Shown: positions 41,801 to 49,913 of the stretch, in pieces | Position numbering within the stretch: position 1 is the stretch's first letter | Layout: the number at the start of each line of letters is the position of its first letter | Assembly (NCBI GenBank): GCA_030765185.1 | Contig: JAVCDE010000024.1 | Coordinates: forward strand, 42,975-106,974 | Length of the DNA stretch: 64,000 nt | From: Candidatus Aceula meridiana | GTDB lineage: Bacteria; Omnitrophota; Gorgyraeia; Zapsychrales; Aceulaceae | Reading direction: 5' to 3' | Translations under genes and position numbers: made by a program | Notes under the pieces: generated by a model | What the model was told of the DNA's origin: nothing | Seen by the model: only the letters and a program-made list of their open reading frames with translations | Databases searched by the model: none

Positions 41801-43261
41801 GTAAATCTTGACTCCATTTTTTAAAGTTATCCCAATTTTATTATTACCGTATTCTTCGATTAAAATATCGCCCTCAAGAAGAGGAAATCCTTTTTGTGTG
41901 TAAAACGTTGAGTAAACTTTCCCAATAAGCCCTGACGGAATCTCTCCTGCTAATCCATCTTTTTCTATAAAAAAGTCATTACCAGAGATCTTATCTTTGT
42001 CAGTCATCACCTCAATATTCAGATTTGAATTCACAGCTTGACCTCTAGAAAGAAATTGTGTAATTTCAGATTTAATAAACGAAAATCGGTTTTTAGCAGC
42101 TGATGAAATAGCATCACCTTGCTGTTCATGGCTTAGCGCATCAACCTCTGTATAGTCAGAATTTTCAGATATGTCCATGTTAAAACCACCAGAGAAATAT
42201 TTTCTTGGAGTGTTTCTTTGCGTGTACCCATCATGCTCAACCCTAATTATGTCACAGACGCCCTTTTTAAAGGCCTCGAGATATCGGTTATAAATTTTCT
42301 TTGAAATTTCTCTATCCTCAACGTCCACCCCTTTAACTTTACTTTTATCCGCATAAACTTGGTTTAAAATTGTTTCCTTGAGATTTTTCTTAAACCAATA
42401 TGCCAAAATCAAGGAAGAATAAATTTGGCGCAAAGGGGCAAAATTCTTTCCCTCGTTAATTTCACGCTCAAGCTCAGGAATAATAATTTCACGCATAACG
42501 GAAGTAGCGGTATCTGAAGGATTGGAAACGTCTTCTGTAAATCTTGAAGTATTCAAATTTTTCCCTATGATACGGTTCGCTGCTCGTTGTTCATTGCTTG
42601 CTAGATAATCCTGCTCTAACATAACGCGCAATGATGACTCTACGACAAACGCACGGTCGCCATTCTCATAAACAACAGCTTTTTGCGGCACGATCCAAAC
42701 CTTATGAAAAGTATCAACGGGTATATCTGTAATACCATATTGTTCGTAGACTTTTTTATAAATCGTATCCCAAAATTTCTTACCTAATTCATCTTCAGGG
42801 GATATTAAAGAAGCTGTGACCTGCTTTAAGAGGTAGTCTTGCGCAAGCATATCCCGACCCATTTCTGTAGATCCAAAATTATTAGGAATAATAAGGTCTT
42901 TTTCATAGGGTGAAAGATTGACCCATAAATTATTTTCGGGAATAGTTAAAGAGGCCAAAAAATATTTGATAAGTTTTTCGCTTTCGGGCTTTAGCTCCTT
43001 ACCCGTAAGCCCCGTATCTCCAGAATCTAAAATAAAATCAAATTTAAGAGGGTTGTTGGGGTAGATTTTGATACCGCGTAATATGGCGGGTGCAAAACCT
43101 GGGCTTAAGGGGACCATTACACCCGGGCTTGGCAATCCCAACAACCCCGTATTCGCAAAGGCAGACGGCGGGACTACAGTTGTCCCCATGAAAACCATAA
43201 GGACAAAGAATACCCCTACTTTAAAAAATGTACTCTTTTTTATAATTTTATAAGTAAGCAT
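38858..43261 (-). CDS. Giant secreted/membrane-anchored protein (1467 aa) of unknown function with internal class-I SAM-MTase-like Rossmann domain
   Basis: Sec-type signal peptide (K-rich N-region, hydrophobic core, AFA-N). Residues ~960-1090 carry methyltransferase motif I VLDFGAGEG, an acidic beta2 end (ANDIQ), and motifs II/III (FDHITF, SLSKGGKID). The remainder is unrecognisable, with a Ser/Pro/Gly-rich linker and a short hydrophobic C-terminal segment (FVPVIINIIPITNF). Own terminator upstream and strong coding signal throughout. Confidence 0.7.
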   Translation of the reverse strand: MLTYKIIKKSTFFKVGVFFVLMVFMGTTVVPPSAFANTGLLGLPSPGVMVPLSPGFAPAILRGIKIYPNNPLKFDFILDSGDTGLTGKELKPESEKLIKYFLASLTIPENNLWVNLSPYEKDLIIPNNFGSTEMGRDMLAQDYLLKQVTASLISPEDELGKKFWDTIYKKVYEQYGITDIPVDTFHKVWIVPQKAVVYENGDRAFVVESSLRVMLEQDYLASNEQRAANRIIGKNLNTSRFTEDVSNPSDTATSVMREIIIPELEREINEGKNFAPLRQIYSSLILAYWFKKNLKETILNQVYADKSKVKGVDVEDREISKKIYNRYLEAFKKGVCDIIRVEHDGYTQRNTPRKYFSGGFNMDISENSDYTEVDALSHEQQGDAISSAAKNRFSFIKSEITQFLSRGQAVNSNLNIEVMTDKDKISGNDFFIEKDGLAGEIPSGLIGKVYSTFYTQKGFPLLEGDILIEEYGNNKIGITLKNGVKIYDKEGIGINFIEFGDKVSDIAKKIYVRDIKDNIKIRKLTGMDLEIATAIARYSERQDIYLLKENSYNIKGLHNIEKNRVYLDQNILSSIGFFHESGEGFLRTKEGKKFAKILKEKGISIHRYLRGAGSDERKKFSVTFYQGLQDKVFGSVPNQIFTNIVRGISSLEEGKEIFNLKGRKGKEDDEEDSIDFKVSRKNKRILEDIKALRNKLDKASPHGVRSRITFEIAEKYFDMKKYEKSISLARRAIAIGMAPGHDSMPVSLVIRMQDFIRMSERILKEEAELLRKNFPFSIPNANDIFAIRRTFDLIEDGKKTKLFSYFYEIGKKLLSKDVLAANLKEYLSEEQKFFLNEMYVDLEHVVVTLEDEVYIPFRFGCAIRISLEEKDGDRETAINNFEREPYALVAMLFEDFLDIFRKNNPNVKVVLDFGAGEGEKTSSFYDYEYGEKGAYIIANDIQGDLIREGLKKNSGITFIKQNLGETSFYAGGNYDQPEEVLFDHITFLSLSETSDYDERNILDYINRCRWSLSKGGKIDVITDNKKVVEILKQWDFREKEDSRGKRYDYIVDIPLEEKDYYQVLNNINTDFTWKNLRNAVGSLLKNDLKDEYPKLVKESVDLEFPLKNIYFEQDFNLNFYQINIVRIKAFIREKLGLPAPPVLLLKLGKDNEAYILRGRHKVYMEAKRGRDAVPAFIIDLGSDQLKFENYPKIRDLYLRYSLGNPNIVNSTEGETHSPKIIYGGRDTGSATAYDYAWTRYAEVLNKEKETERSSKDSLESLAKDLEDFILELVRSFNLSEVREMLEGRGDILTRLKKESRGNRDVELLSSIRRDKIGTDIVLISPESFRAIRDAIGLGMRGMETIDFPSEGFSIAIEKHTSISGGNSPTKPKSSIDGRAGSPSIQKPGGIDFDADGFEVETKGEGVAFNIPEIDAATLSQAEGFVPVIINIIPITNFNMLMGLNEGEGAEDEALSLTRLGEATVRKQ

Positions 43262-43392
43262 ACTTGCACCCTTTATACTAATATTTCTATTATTATTTCG
43301 CGTATCAAAATCTATTATAAATATATACTATTTTAGAGGGAAATCAAGGTCAGGAGGGATTTTGAGAAAAAAATACTTGCATCAGAATTATC

Positions 43393-43435
43393 TGTAAAAT
43401 TAAGGGCAGCTTGCACTTACGCAAGCTGCCCTTAA
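43393..43435 (-). terminator. Rho-independent terminator after the small membrane protein gene
   Basis: Perfect 15-bp stem TTAAGGGCAGCTTGC/GCAAGCTGCCCTTAA with 6-nt loop, followed on the minus strand by TTTTAC. Confidence 0.55.
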
Positions 43436-43458
43436 TACCTAAAAAAAATCTTACTTAA

Positions 43459-43710
43459 TTATGCCTTAGCTAGTTTATTGTACAGCCACGCTAGCGCAAC
43501 ACCCCCGATTCCTGCATCGGCAAAGCCCCAAGCGGCCCCAATCAAGCTTCCTAAAATAGTTGGTTTATATCCTATATACAAACTTGCCATCATTTTACTA
43601 AGCTCCGAACCCCATCCACAGAAAATATTAATAATTCCTAAAATAAGCATTACCGCTGCCCACAAAATACCGCAAGCTAACCCAAAAGCTTTAACATCTA
43701 ACTTTGCCAT
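43459..43710 (-). CDS. Small hydrophobic protein (83 aa) with two TM helices and GxxxG motifs
   Basis: ORF with hydrophobic helices (GLACGILWAAVMLILGII; GSLIGAAWGFADAGIGGVALAWL); insulated from the giant gene by a terminator. Confidence 0.45.
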   Translation of the reverse strand: MAKLDVKAFGLACGILWAAVMLILGIINIFCGWGSELSKMMASLYIGYKPTILGSLIGAAWGFADAGIGGVALAWLYNKLAKA

Positions 43711-43808
43711 AATCCCCTCCTTTAATGAAGACGTAACTTACACAACCGCAAAAGAGCGCTAAGTTACGTGTCTGAATTAATCCGTACCTTTCAGTATCAG
43801 GATATCCC

Positions 43809-44411
43809 TTAGTTTTTCCCTTTATTCTCAAAATGAACAAAATCAATTAAGAAAACGCTACCCAAAACAAGAGCTTTTTGTTTTATGTCGAACATCGATG
43901 GAAATTCAACGGTAAAATTATCCGCATCCGTCATCGCCTCTTTTAAAATACCACTCCATCGCTTGACAATCTTTCCAACTCTCTCAGAATTCTTTTCGAT
44001 ATAAAATGTCCAAGGATGAATCCAAGGACCAATAATCTGAAAAGTCTCATCTCCGTTAGAATCGCATACAACATAAACACGCTTTAACAAACAAAACTTA
44101 CGCTGAATTCTACCAACCATATAGTGATTAGAATCCATGATAAGCATGCTTGAAAAAAAGAAACGAAAAGGTCTCTTTAGGAAAAGAACATTCTGCTGCG
44201 CGTCATTGGCAATAATCATGTCAAAAGGACGCATTGCCCGTAAAAAAATCCGCAAAAGAAAATTGCCGCCTACTTCGGCGGCATAAAAAAGAGTCCTTCC
44301 CATATCATCTTCGACTTCATAGCGGTTCTTTGTTTCAATCCCACTTAAAATCTCGCCCCACTCTTTTCTCTGACGAACAACCAAAGACTCGATACCTTGA
44401 AGTTGCTCCAT
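43809..44411 (-). CDS. Phospholipid scramblase family protein (PLSCR / tubby-like fold, bacterial homologue)
   Basis: 200 aa; C-terminal KRWSGILKEAMTDADNFTVEFPSMFDIKQKALVLGSVFLIDFVHFE aligns closely with the eukaryotic PLSCR1 C-terminus ([22 protein letters not shown]...KAVMIGACFLIDFMFFE). Confidence 0.7.
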   Translation of the reverse strand: MEQLQGIESLVVRQRKEWGEILSGIETKNRYEVEDDMGRTLFYAAEVGGNFLLRIFLRAMRPFDMIIANDAQQNVLFLKRPFRFFFSSMLIMDSNHYMVGRIQRKFCLLKRVYVVCDSNGDETFQIIGPWIHPWTFYIEKNSERVGKIVKRWSGILKEAMTDADNFTVEFPSMFDIKQKALVLGSVFLIDFVHFENKGKN

Positions 44412-44425
44412 AAAGCCCCCTTCTT

Positions 44426-45025
44426 TTAGTTAAAATGTTTCTGAATGTATCCGGCTAAAAGTTTTTCTGCTTCGTCCTTACATTCACCACAAACTGTGCC
44501 GAGCTTAGTGCGCTCCTGAAGCTCTAAATACGTCCGCGCCCCTTCTAAAACCGCATCCTCGATTTCGTGATCTGTAACATTCATACACTGACATATAATT
44601 TTGGCTTCTTCCTTTTTAATTTTGTCTGTCATGCCGCTCTTTTCATAATAATCATTAATCGCTGCCCGCAAGGCCTTATCTCCTAGAACAGAACAATGAA
44701 TCTTATGTTCCGGAAGGCTTCCAAGCTCTTTCATAATTTCTTTTGGTGTCACCGCAAAAGCTTGAGTCAAGGTCATACCTTTAATCATCTCAGATAACAC
44801 AGATGTGCTGGCTATTGCCGAAGCGCAGCCATAGGTCTTCCACCTGCAATCAGCGATAATATTCTTATCTTTGTCAACTTGAATAAGCATCATCATCTGG
44901 TCGCCACACTTAATATTTCCGACCATGCCTTCACCATCTGAGACAAACCCTTCATCCTCTTTGAAAATATTCTTCGGATGAACAAAATGCTCTTTAACTT
45001 TTTCTGTGTAAACCCAATCGTTCAT
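44426..45025 (-). CDS. nifU: NifU-like Fe-S scaffold (IscU-type N-domain + BFD-like 2Fe-2S domain)
   Basis: Conserved Cys of the scaffold domain (NIKCGD, YGCASA, HCS) and C-terminal CxxC...CGxC. Confidence 0.85.
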   Translation of the reverse strand: MNDWVYTEKVKEHFVHPKNIFKEDEGFVSDGEGMVGNIKCGDQMMMLIQVDKDKNIIADCRWKTYGCASAIASTSVLSEMIKGMTLTQAFAVTPKEIMKELGSLPEHKIHCSVLGDKALRAAINDYYEKSGMTDKIKKEEAKIICQCMNVTDHEIEDAVLEGARTYLELQERTKLGTVCGECKDEAEKLLAGYIQKHFN

Positions 45026-46203
45026 TATTTTTTATACGCAGTGGACATGCTGCGCACCTTATCAATAACTCGCGGTAAAACTTCTAAAACATAAGCGATA
45101 TCTTCTTTGGTCGTATCCCTACCTAAACTCATGCGCACCGAACCATGCGCAAGCTCCGCGCCAACTCCTGTTGCCAATAAAACATGTGACGGATCTAAAG
45201 ACCCCGACGCACAAGCAGACCCAGTTGATATAGCAATGCCTTCCATATCTAAATAAAGCAAGACTGCCTCTCCTTCAGCGCCCTTAAAAGAAACATTTAG
45301 CGTTCCAGCTAAACAATCATCAGGGTGACCATTCACTTGAATATCAAGAATTTTCTCTTCAATACCCTTTTTCAAAATTGCTTTAAGATCTTTCAGCCTC
45401 TTATCCTCTGTAACCATTTCTTTACGACGCATTTCAATAGCTTTGCTTAGCCCCATGATGCCTAGCGTATTTTCTGTTCCAGCGCGACGACCTTTTTCCT
45501 GATGCCCTCCTCGGATAAATGGGCAAAACGGAATACTTTTTTTTGTGTAAAGCGCGCCAATCCCTTTAGGACCATAAACTTTATGGGCTGAAAGCGTTAA
45601 AAAATCAACATCTAAAACTCTCACATCAATAGGAATTTTTCCAACAGCCTGAACCGCATCTGTATGAAAAAGTGCTCCAGCCTTATGTGCCATACCACAA
45701 ATTGTTTTAATGTCTTGAATAGTACCAATTTCATTATTCGCCATCATAACCGAAACTAAAGATGCGCCTTCGGCCAAAATATCTTGAAGTTGTTTCGTAT
45801 CAATTTTTCCATACTTATCAACATCAATAAAAACAACATCAATCCCGCGGTCACGCAAACACTTCGCGGTCTCAAAAACACACGGATGCTCAATCTTTGT
45901 CGTCACAATTCTTGTCGGCCCCTTTTTAAATGCGCAGCAATGCTTTGATGGACATGCCACCATATTTAATACAGTGTTATTTGCCTCAGAGCCGCTTCCC
46001 ACAAAAACAATTTCTTCCCCTGTTGCACCAATAAAAGAAGCAATATCTTCTCGCGCCTGCGTCACAAATTTCAAAGCCTTACGGCCAAACTCATGCAGAC
46101 TAGAAGGATTTCCAAAGCATTCCATAGCCTCAATTAAAACATTTTTAACTTCAGGATGAAGAGGCGTGGTAGCATTATGATCTAAATAAACTTTTTGACT
46201 CAT
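45025..46203 (-). CDS. nifS: Cysteine desulfurase (NifS/IscS class)
   Basis: 392 aa; PLP-Lys motif (SAHKVYGPKGIG) and catalytic Cys loop (STGSACASG). Confidence 0.9.
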   Translation of the reverse strand: MSQKVYLDHNATTPLHPEVKNVLIEAMECFGNPSSLHEFGRKALKFVTQAREDIASFIGATGEEIVFVGSGSEANNTVLNMVACPSKHCCAFKKGPTRIVTTKIEHPCVFETAKCLRDRGIDVVFIDVDKYGKIDTKQLQDILAEGASLVSVMMANNEIGTIQDIKTICGMAHKAGALFHTDAVQAVGKIPIDVRVLDVDFLTLSAHKVYGPKGIGALYTKKSIPFCPFIRGGHQEKGRRAGTENTLGIMGLSKAIEMRRKEMVTEDKRLKDLKAILKKGIEEKILDIQVNGHPDDCLAGTLNVSFKGAEGEAVLLYLDMEGIAISTGSACASGSLDPSHVLLATGVGAELAHGSVRMSLGRDTTKEDIAYVLEVLPRVIDKVRSMSTAYKK

Positions 46204-46205
46204 GA

Positions 46206-47156
46206 TTATTTCTTTGTTAACTGTGCTTCTCGACGAAACTTAAGCATATTATCAATAGGCGTTTTTGCCCGCGTTAAGATATCATCAGAAAGCTTAATTT
46301 CAAAAACCATATTTTCTAGGCTATTGAGCACCTTGCCTAAGGTCGTCTTTTTCATGTTCGGACAAACCGCTAAAGAACTGACCGGATAAAATTTCTTATC
46401 GGGAATTTCTGCCTTAAGAGCATGCTCCATGTCAATTTCTGTACCGACGATAAACTCGTTTGCTTTAGATTCTTTTGCATATTTAATCATTCCGGAAGTT
46501 GATAAGACTTCATCGGATAGATTGATAACAGGTGAACTGCATTCCGGATGCACCATAACCTTAGCATCAGGATACTTTTCTTTCATCGCAACAACATGTT
46601 CCGGCAAAATACGAGCATGCGTCGGGCAGTATCCCTGCCAGATGACAACATTACGATTTGTCTTAGATGCCGCATAAGATGCTAAATATTTATCCGGTAC
46701 AAAAATAATCTCATCTTTTTCTGTAAAAGCTTCTTCAAGCATCTGAATCGCATTAGCAGATGTACAACAATAATCGCACTCAGCCTTAACATCCGCAGAA
46801 GTATTCACATATGCCATAACCTTGGCATTAGGATGCTTGGCCTTAAGAGTCCGCAATTCATCCGCGGTAATCATGTCCGCCATTGGGCAACCAGCTGTTT
46901 CATCAGGAATAAGCACAGTCTTCTGCGGTGATAAAATCTTAGCAGTCTCAGCCATAAAATGAACACCACAAAAAACAATAACATCCGCCTCTGTCTTGGA
47001 GGCTTCAATACTTAAGCCTAAAGAATCTCCGGTAAAGTCTGCAATATCCTGCACCTCGCCTAGCTGATAATTGTGCACCAAAATAACAGCATTACGCTTT
47101 TTCTTTAACTCCTGAATTTGTTCTTGAATTGTCATCTTAGATAATCTTTCCTCCAA
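46206..47156 (-). CDS. nadA: Quinolinate synthase
   Basis: 316 aa; NadA-type three-Cys pattern and motifs (VILVHNYQ, FCGVHFMAET, CPxMxM). Confidence 0.9.
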   Translation of the reverse strand: MEERLSKMTIQEQIQELKKKRNAVILVHNYQLGEVQDIADFTGDSLGLSIEASKTEADVIVFCGVHFMAETAKILSPQKTVLIPDETAGCPMADMITADELRTLKAKHPNAKVMAYVNTSADVKAECDYCCTSANAIQMLEEAFTEKDEIIFVPDKYLASYAASKTNRNVVIWQGYCPTHARILPEHVVAMKEKYPDAKVMVHPECSSPVINLSDEVLSTSGMIKYAKESKANEFIVGTEIDMEHALKAEIPDKKFYPVSSLAVCPNMKKTTLGKVLNSLENMVFEIKLSDDILTRAKTPIDNMLKFRREAQLTKK

Positions 47157-47964
47157 TTGAAATATTGTATTCTTTTATAATAGTATTTTTTTCTGATTTG
47201 GCAAGAGCTTCTTCAACAAACCTAAGCGTTCCCGAGCAACACGGCACTTCCATATGAACAACGGTAACGGACTTGATAGTATTATGCTTAAAAATCTCTG
47301 CCATCTTCTCTATATAAGCTTCATTAGAATTATCCAACTTCGGACAAAAAATGATTAACTTCTTTCCTTTCAAGAATCTTGCATGAAAATTAGAAAAAGC
47401 AAATGGAACACAGTCCGCAGCAACCACAAGCTCAGCATCTTTAAAATAAGGCGCATAAGGATTAAGTAAGTGCAGCTGAACTGGCCACTGGCCAAGCTCA
47501 GATTCCACAGAAACCTCTGCACTTGCTCCCGATGATTTTCCCTGACTTAAATCCCGTGCCATCGACCCTGGACATCCTCCACCGCCATGATAATGAGGAA
47601 CCTTAGGCCTATCAGGAGAAACCTCAACTCCCTTTTCTTTTAATATTGCCAAAGCCTGAGTTAAATACTCTGTCTGATTGTGATCTTTAAGATGCGAAAG
47701 ATGCGCTTTAATGACATTCTCACCTTGGGGAATGATATTATCTAAAACCTTGGACTCATCATAGGGTTGTGCCTCTCTCTCCTCGATAGAAATAGCATCA
47801 ACCGGACACTCGCCGATACAGGCGCCAAGACCATCACAATAAAGCTCACCAACAAGCTTTGCCTTTCCATCAATCATTTTGATAGCTCCCTCGGGACATC
47901 CTTGAGCACAGAGCCCACACCCATTACATTTTTCATCATCAATTTTAATAATTTTTCTCTTCAT
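47137..47964 (-). CDS. 4Fe-4S dicluster-domain protein with Cys-rich C-terminal domain
   Basis: Two CxxCxxCxxxCP ferredoxin motifs at the N-terminus (CNGCGLCAQGCP; CDGLGACIGECP); further Cys pairs downstream (GGGGCPG; VPCCSG). Confidence 0.6.
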   Translation of the reverse strand: MKRKIIKIDDEKCNGCGLCAQGCPEGAIKMIDGKAKLVGELYCDGLGACIGECPVDAISIEEREAQPYDESKVLDNIIPQGENVIKAHLSHLKDHNQTEYLTQALAILKEKGVEVSPDRPKVPHYHGGGGCPGSMARDLSQGKSSGASAEVSVESELGQWPVQLHLLNPYAPYFKDAELVVAADCVPFAFSNFHARFLKGKKLIIFCPKLDNSNEAYIEKMAEIFKHNTIKSVTVVHMEVPCCSGTLRFVEEALAKSEKNTIIKEYNISIGGKII

Positions 47965-47965
47965 T

Positions 47966-48370
47966 CTAATTCTCCCTCATAAGTTTCTGAATCGTTAATG
48001 TTTTAAGTTCGCGAACAACTTTTTGCTCAATTTTATATACGTGTTTTCTAATTGAACAAGTTTTAACATTAGCGCAAAGTTTATCACGAACAAAACAATT
48101 TAAAAAAGAAAAATTTCCCTGAAAAATCTTCATCAAATCCATTAGAAAAATATCTTTTGGCTCTTTGACAAGAGTAAATCCTCCCCTATTTCCTTTTTGA
48201 GAAATAAGAATCCCCTCTCTTTGAAGCCGCTGCAAAACTTTTCTTAAAATCGGCCGAGGAACTCCTAACTCTTTATCAAGTTCAGATGAAGATACAACAC
48301 GTCCTTTTTGTTTAGCCAAAAATAATAAGGCCCTTGCTGCATAATCTGTTTCCTTGGTAATCAAACTCAT
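47966..48370 (-). CDS. Rrf2-family transcriptional regulator (IscR/NsrR-like, three-Cys type)
   Basis: 134 aa; wHTH (SSSELDKELGVPRPILRKVLQRLQREGIL) and C-terminal Cys cluster (C..C.....C). Confidence 0.85.
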   Translation of the reverse strand: MSLITKETDYAARALLFLAKQKGRVVSSSELDKELGVPRPILRKVLQRLQREGILISQKGNRGGFTLVKEPKDIFLMDLMKIFQGNFSFLNCFVRDKLCANVKTCSIRKHVYKIEQKVVRELKTLTIQKLMREN

Positions 48371-48376
48371 AAATGA

Positions 48377-48397
48377 ATGATACTATATTAGTATCAT
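48377..48397. promoter_or_regulatory. Perfect 21-bp palindrome, putative Rrf2 autoregulatory operator overlapping a promoter
   Basis: ATGATACTA-TAT-TAGTATCAT 7 nt upstream of the rrf2 start; a minus-strand TTGACA at 48404-48399 places the palindrome across the spacer and -10 (TATCAT). Confidence 0.5.
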
Positions 48398-48492
48398 TTG
48401 TCAACCCTTTTTCCTCATGAAAAACTAATCTCTTGGTATGCTTATGTCGGGTAGATTAACAGAACTTTAATGCAGGGTGTGTCGGGGTAGCA

Positions 48493-48535
48493 CCAAAAAC
48501 AAGGCGCTTGCATTATAAAGAATGCAAGAGCCTTG
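48493..48535 (-). terminator. Rho-independent terminator downstream of lipoprotein gene
   Basis: Stem CAAGGCGCTTGCATT / AATGCAAGAGCCTTG (one mismatch), 6-nt loop, then TTTTTGG on the minus strand. Confidence 0.55.
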
Positions 48536-48569
48536 TGTGAATGTATCAACTAAAAAAGAACCCTCTTTT

Positions 48570-49184
48570 TTAACGCCTCATTGTATATAAGAATGCCCCC
48601 AAAGGCGCTGCCCAGGCATCAGTCACCTTCGAAAAAGCCTTGATGTCCTTCGGAGTTGAGAAAGGTTGGTCAGTGACAAAAAGAATTTCTTTTTTATCAC
48701 GGAAAGTTAAAATAGCCTGCTTTGTTTTTGAATCAAGAAGGCTCCCCTCTATCACCACCATAGTCATTGGGCTCTCTTGGTCATCTTTACTCTCAATAAC
48801 TCCTGAAACTTTTATATTAAGAATTAAGGCATTACGATTTTTAAAATCTGCTGGAGCAATATCGTCTTGGCTTAACGGAATAACCCCTTCAAGTTCATTA
48901 CTATAACTTTCAAAGACAGTCATTGCCACGCTCTGCATTACCGTCTGATCAAAATTCTCTTCTCTTGCGCCCCCTTCTTCTCCATCAGAATAAAAGACAC
49001 TCATCTTAAAACCTCGAAGATCGATATTAAAAATATATAGCTCGTCAAAAGACTTAAAATCAGAATCAGGCGCCACCCAAGACTCTTCTATACCAACAAG
49101 CGGCAAATCCTTGGCAAAGCCTTCACTTGAACACAAGCAAAAACAAATAAGAAAAGAAATAAAAGAAAAAATAATTTTCTTCAT
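48570..49184 (-). CDS. Hypothetical lipoprotein / secreted protein
   Basis: Signal peptide with Cys-containing lipobox-like region (FCLCSS); acidic mature domain; no known motif. Confidence 0.5.
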   Translation of the reverse strand: MKKIIFSFISFLICFCLCSSEGFAKDLPLVGIEESWVAPDSDFKSFDELYIFNIDLRGFKMSVFYSDGEEGGAREENFDQTVMQSVAMTVFESYSNELEGVIPLSQDDIAPADFKNRNALILNIKVSGVIESKDDQESPMTMVVIEGSLLDSKTKQAILTFRDKKEILFVTDQPFSTPKDIKAFSKVTDAWAAPLGAFLYTMRR

Positions 49185-49192
49185 AATTTTTA

Positions 49193-49906
49193 TTATGGAT
49201 TAATAACTTGAAAAGTGCTCATATTAACTTCGTTGTTTGGACGGATACGCTGATAATACCATTTGTCGTCTGATGCAGAATAAATCAATTTCTTGTTTCC
49301 AGAAACTGTAATCGTCGATCCAGAGGCTCTATCGACAGTAAGGCTATATCCAGAATCCGGTTTAATTAAAAGCGTCCCACTCTTGGGGCGATAGATAATA
49401 CCATTAATGCCATCTGCCCACTCATCAACATCAAGACCTAAATCCCGCAAAGCATTTTTCCAACCATTACGAGGATAATTCCCGTTCGTAGCATAATAAG
49501 CATTAATAAAATCAATGAATCCTTGAGAAATTTCAGTAAACGTAGATCCTAAGCTCGTTAAAGCCTCAGCTCCCGTATGGATAGAACACCCTAAAATACT
49601 TTGATAGCTTGGGCTGTTCGCTGGATAAGGAATCCAGGCATAAACCCCCTTATTCGGACACTCTGGAAGACTAAGCAAATAACCACTGTCAACCAGATCA
49701 GAAAGCCCGATTGAATGAACTCCCTTATCTCCAAAATAAAAAAGCTCAGCTTCTTGAATCTGGCGTCTAGCCTGTGTACATGCAGCGTCTTCAGCTGTCT
49801 GACGGTTACGAACCACTGCCTGGATGGCCACATTCGCTGCTAAAAGCGATATGACCATCAAGACAACCATCAACTCAACTAATGTAAAACCTTTTTTTAA
49901 ATTCAT
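49193..49906 (-). CDS. Prepilin-type N-terminal cleavage/methylation domain protein (type IV pilin / pseudopilin-like)
   Basis: Class-III signal MNLKKGFTLVELMVVLMVISLLAA (G-F-T-L-x-E motif); the ORF track extends upstream to 49999 but the pilin start at about 49906 is the plausible one. Confidence 0.7.
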   Translation of the reverse strand: MNLKKGFTLVELMVVLMVISLLAANVAIQAVVRNRQTAEDAACTQARRQIQEAELFYFGDKGVHSIGLSDLVDSGYLLSLPECPNKGVYAWIPYPANSPSYQSILGCSIHTGAEALTSLGSTFTEISQGFIDFINAYYATNGNYPRNGWKNALRDLGLDVDEWADGINGIIYRPKSGTLLIKPDSGYSLTVDRASGSTITVSGNKKLIYSASDDKWYYQRIRPNNEVNMSTFQVINP

Positions 49907-49913
49907 ATTCTCT

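Noticed and set aside
43741-43783. Inverted repeat ACGTAACTTA ... TAAGTTACGT between the scramblase gene and the small membrane protein
   Set aside because: 10-bp stem with a 19-nt loop and no adjacent T-tract; too weak to call a terminator or operator.
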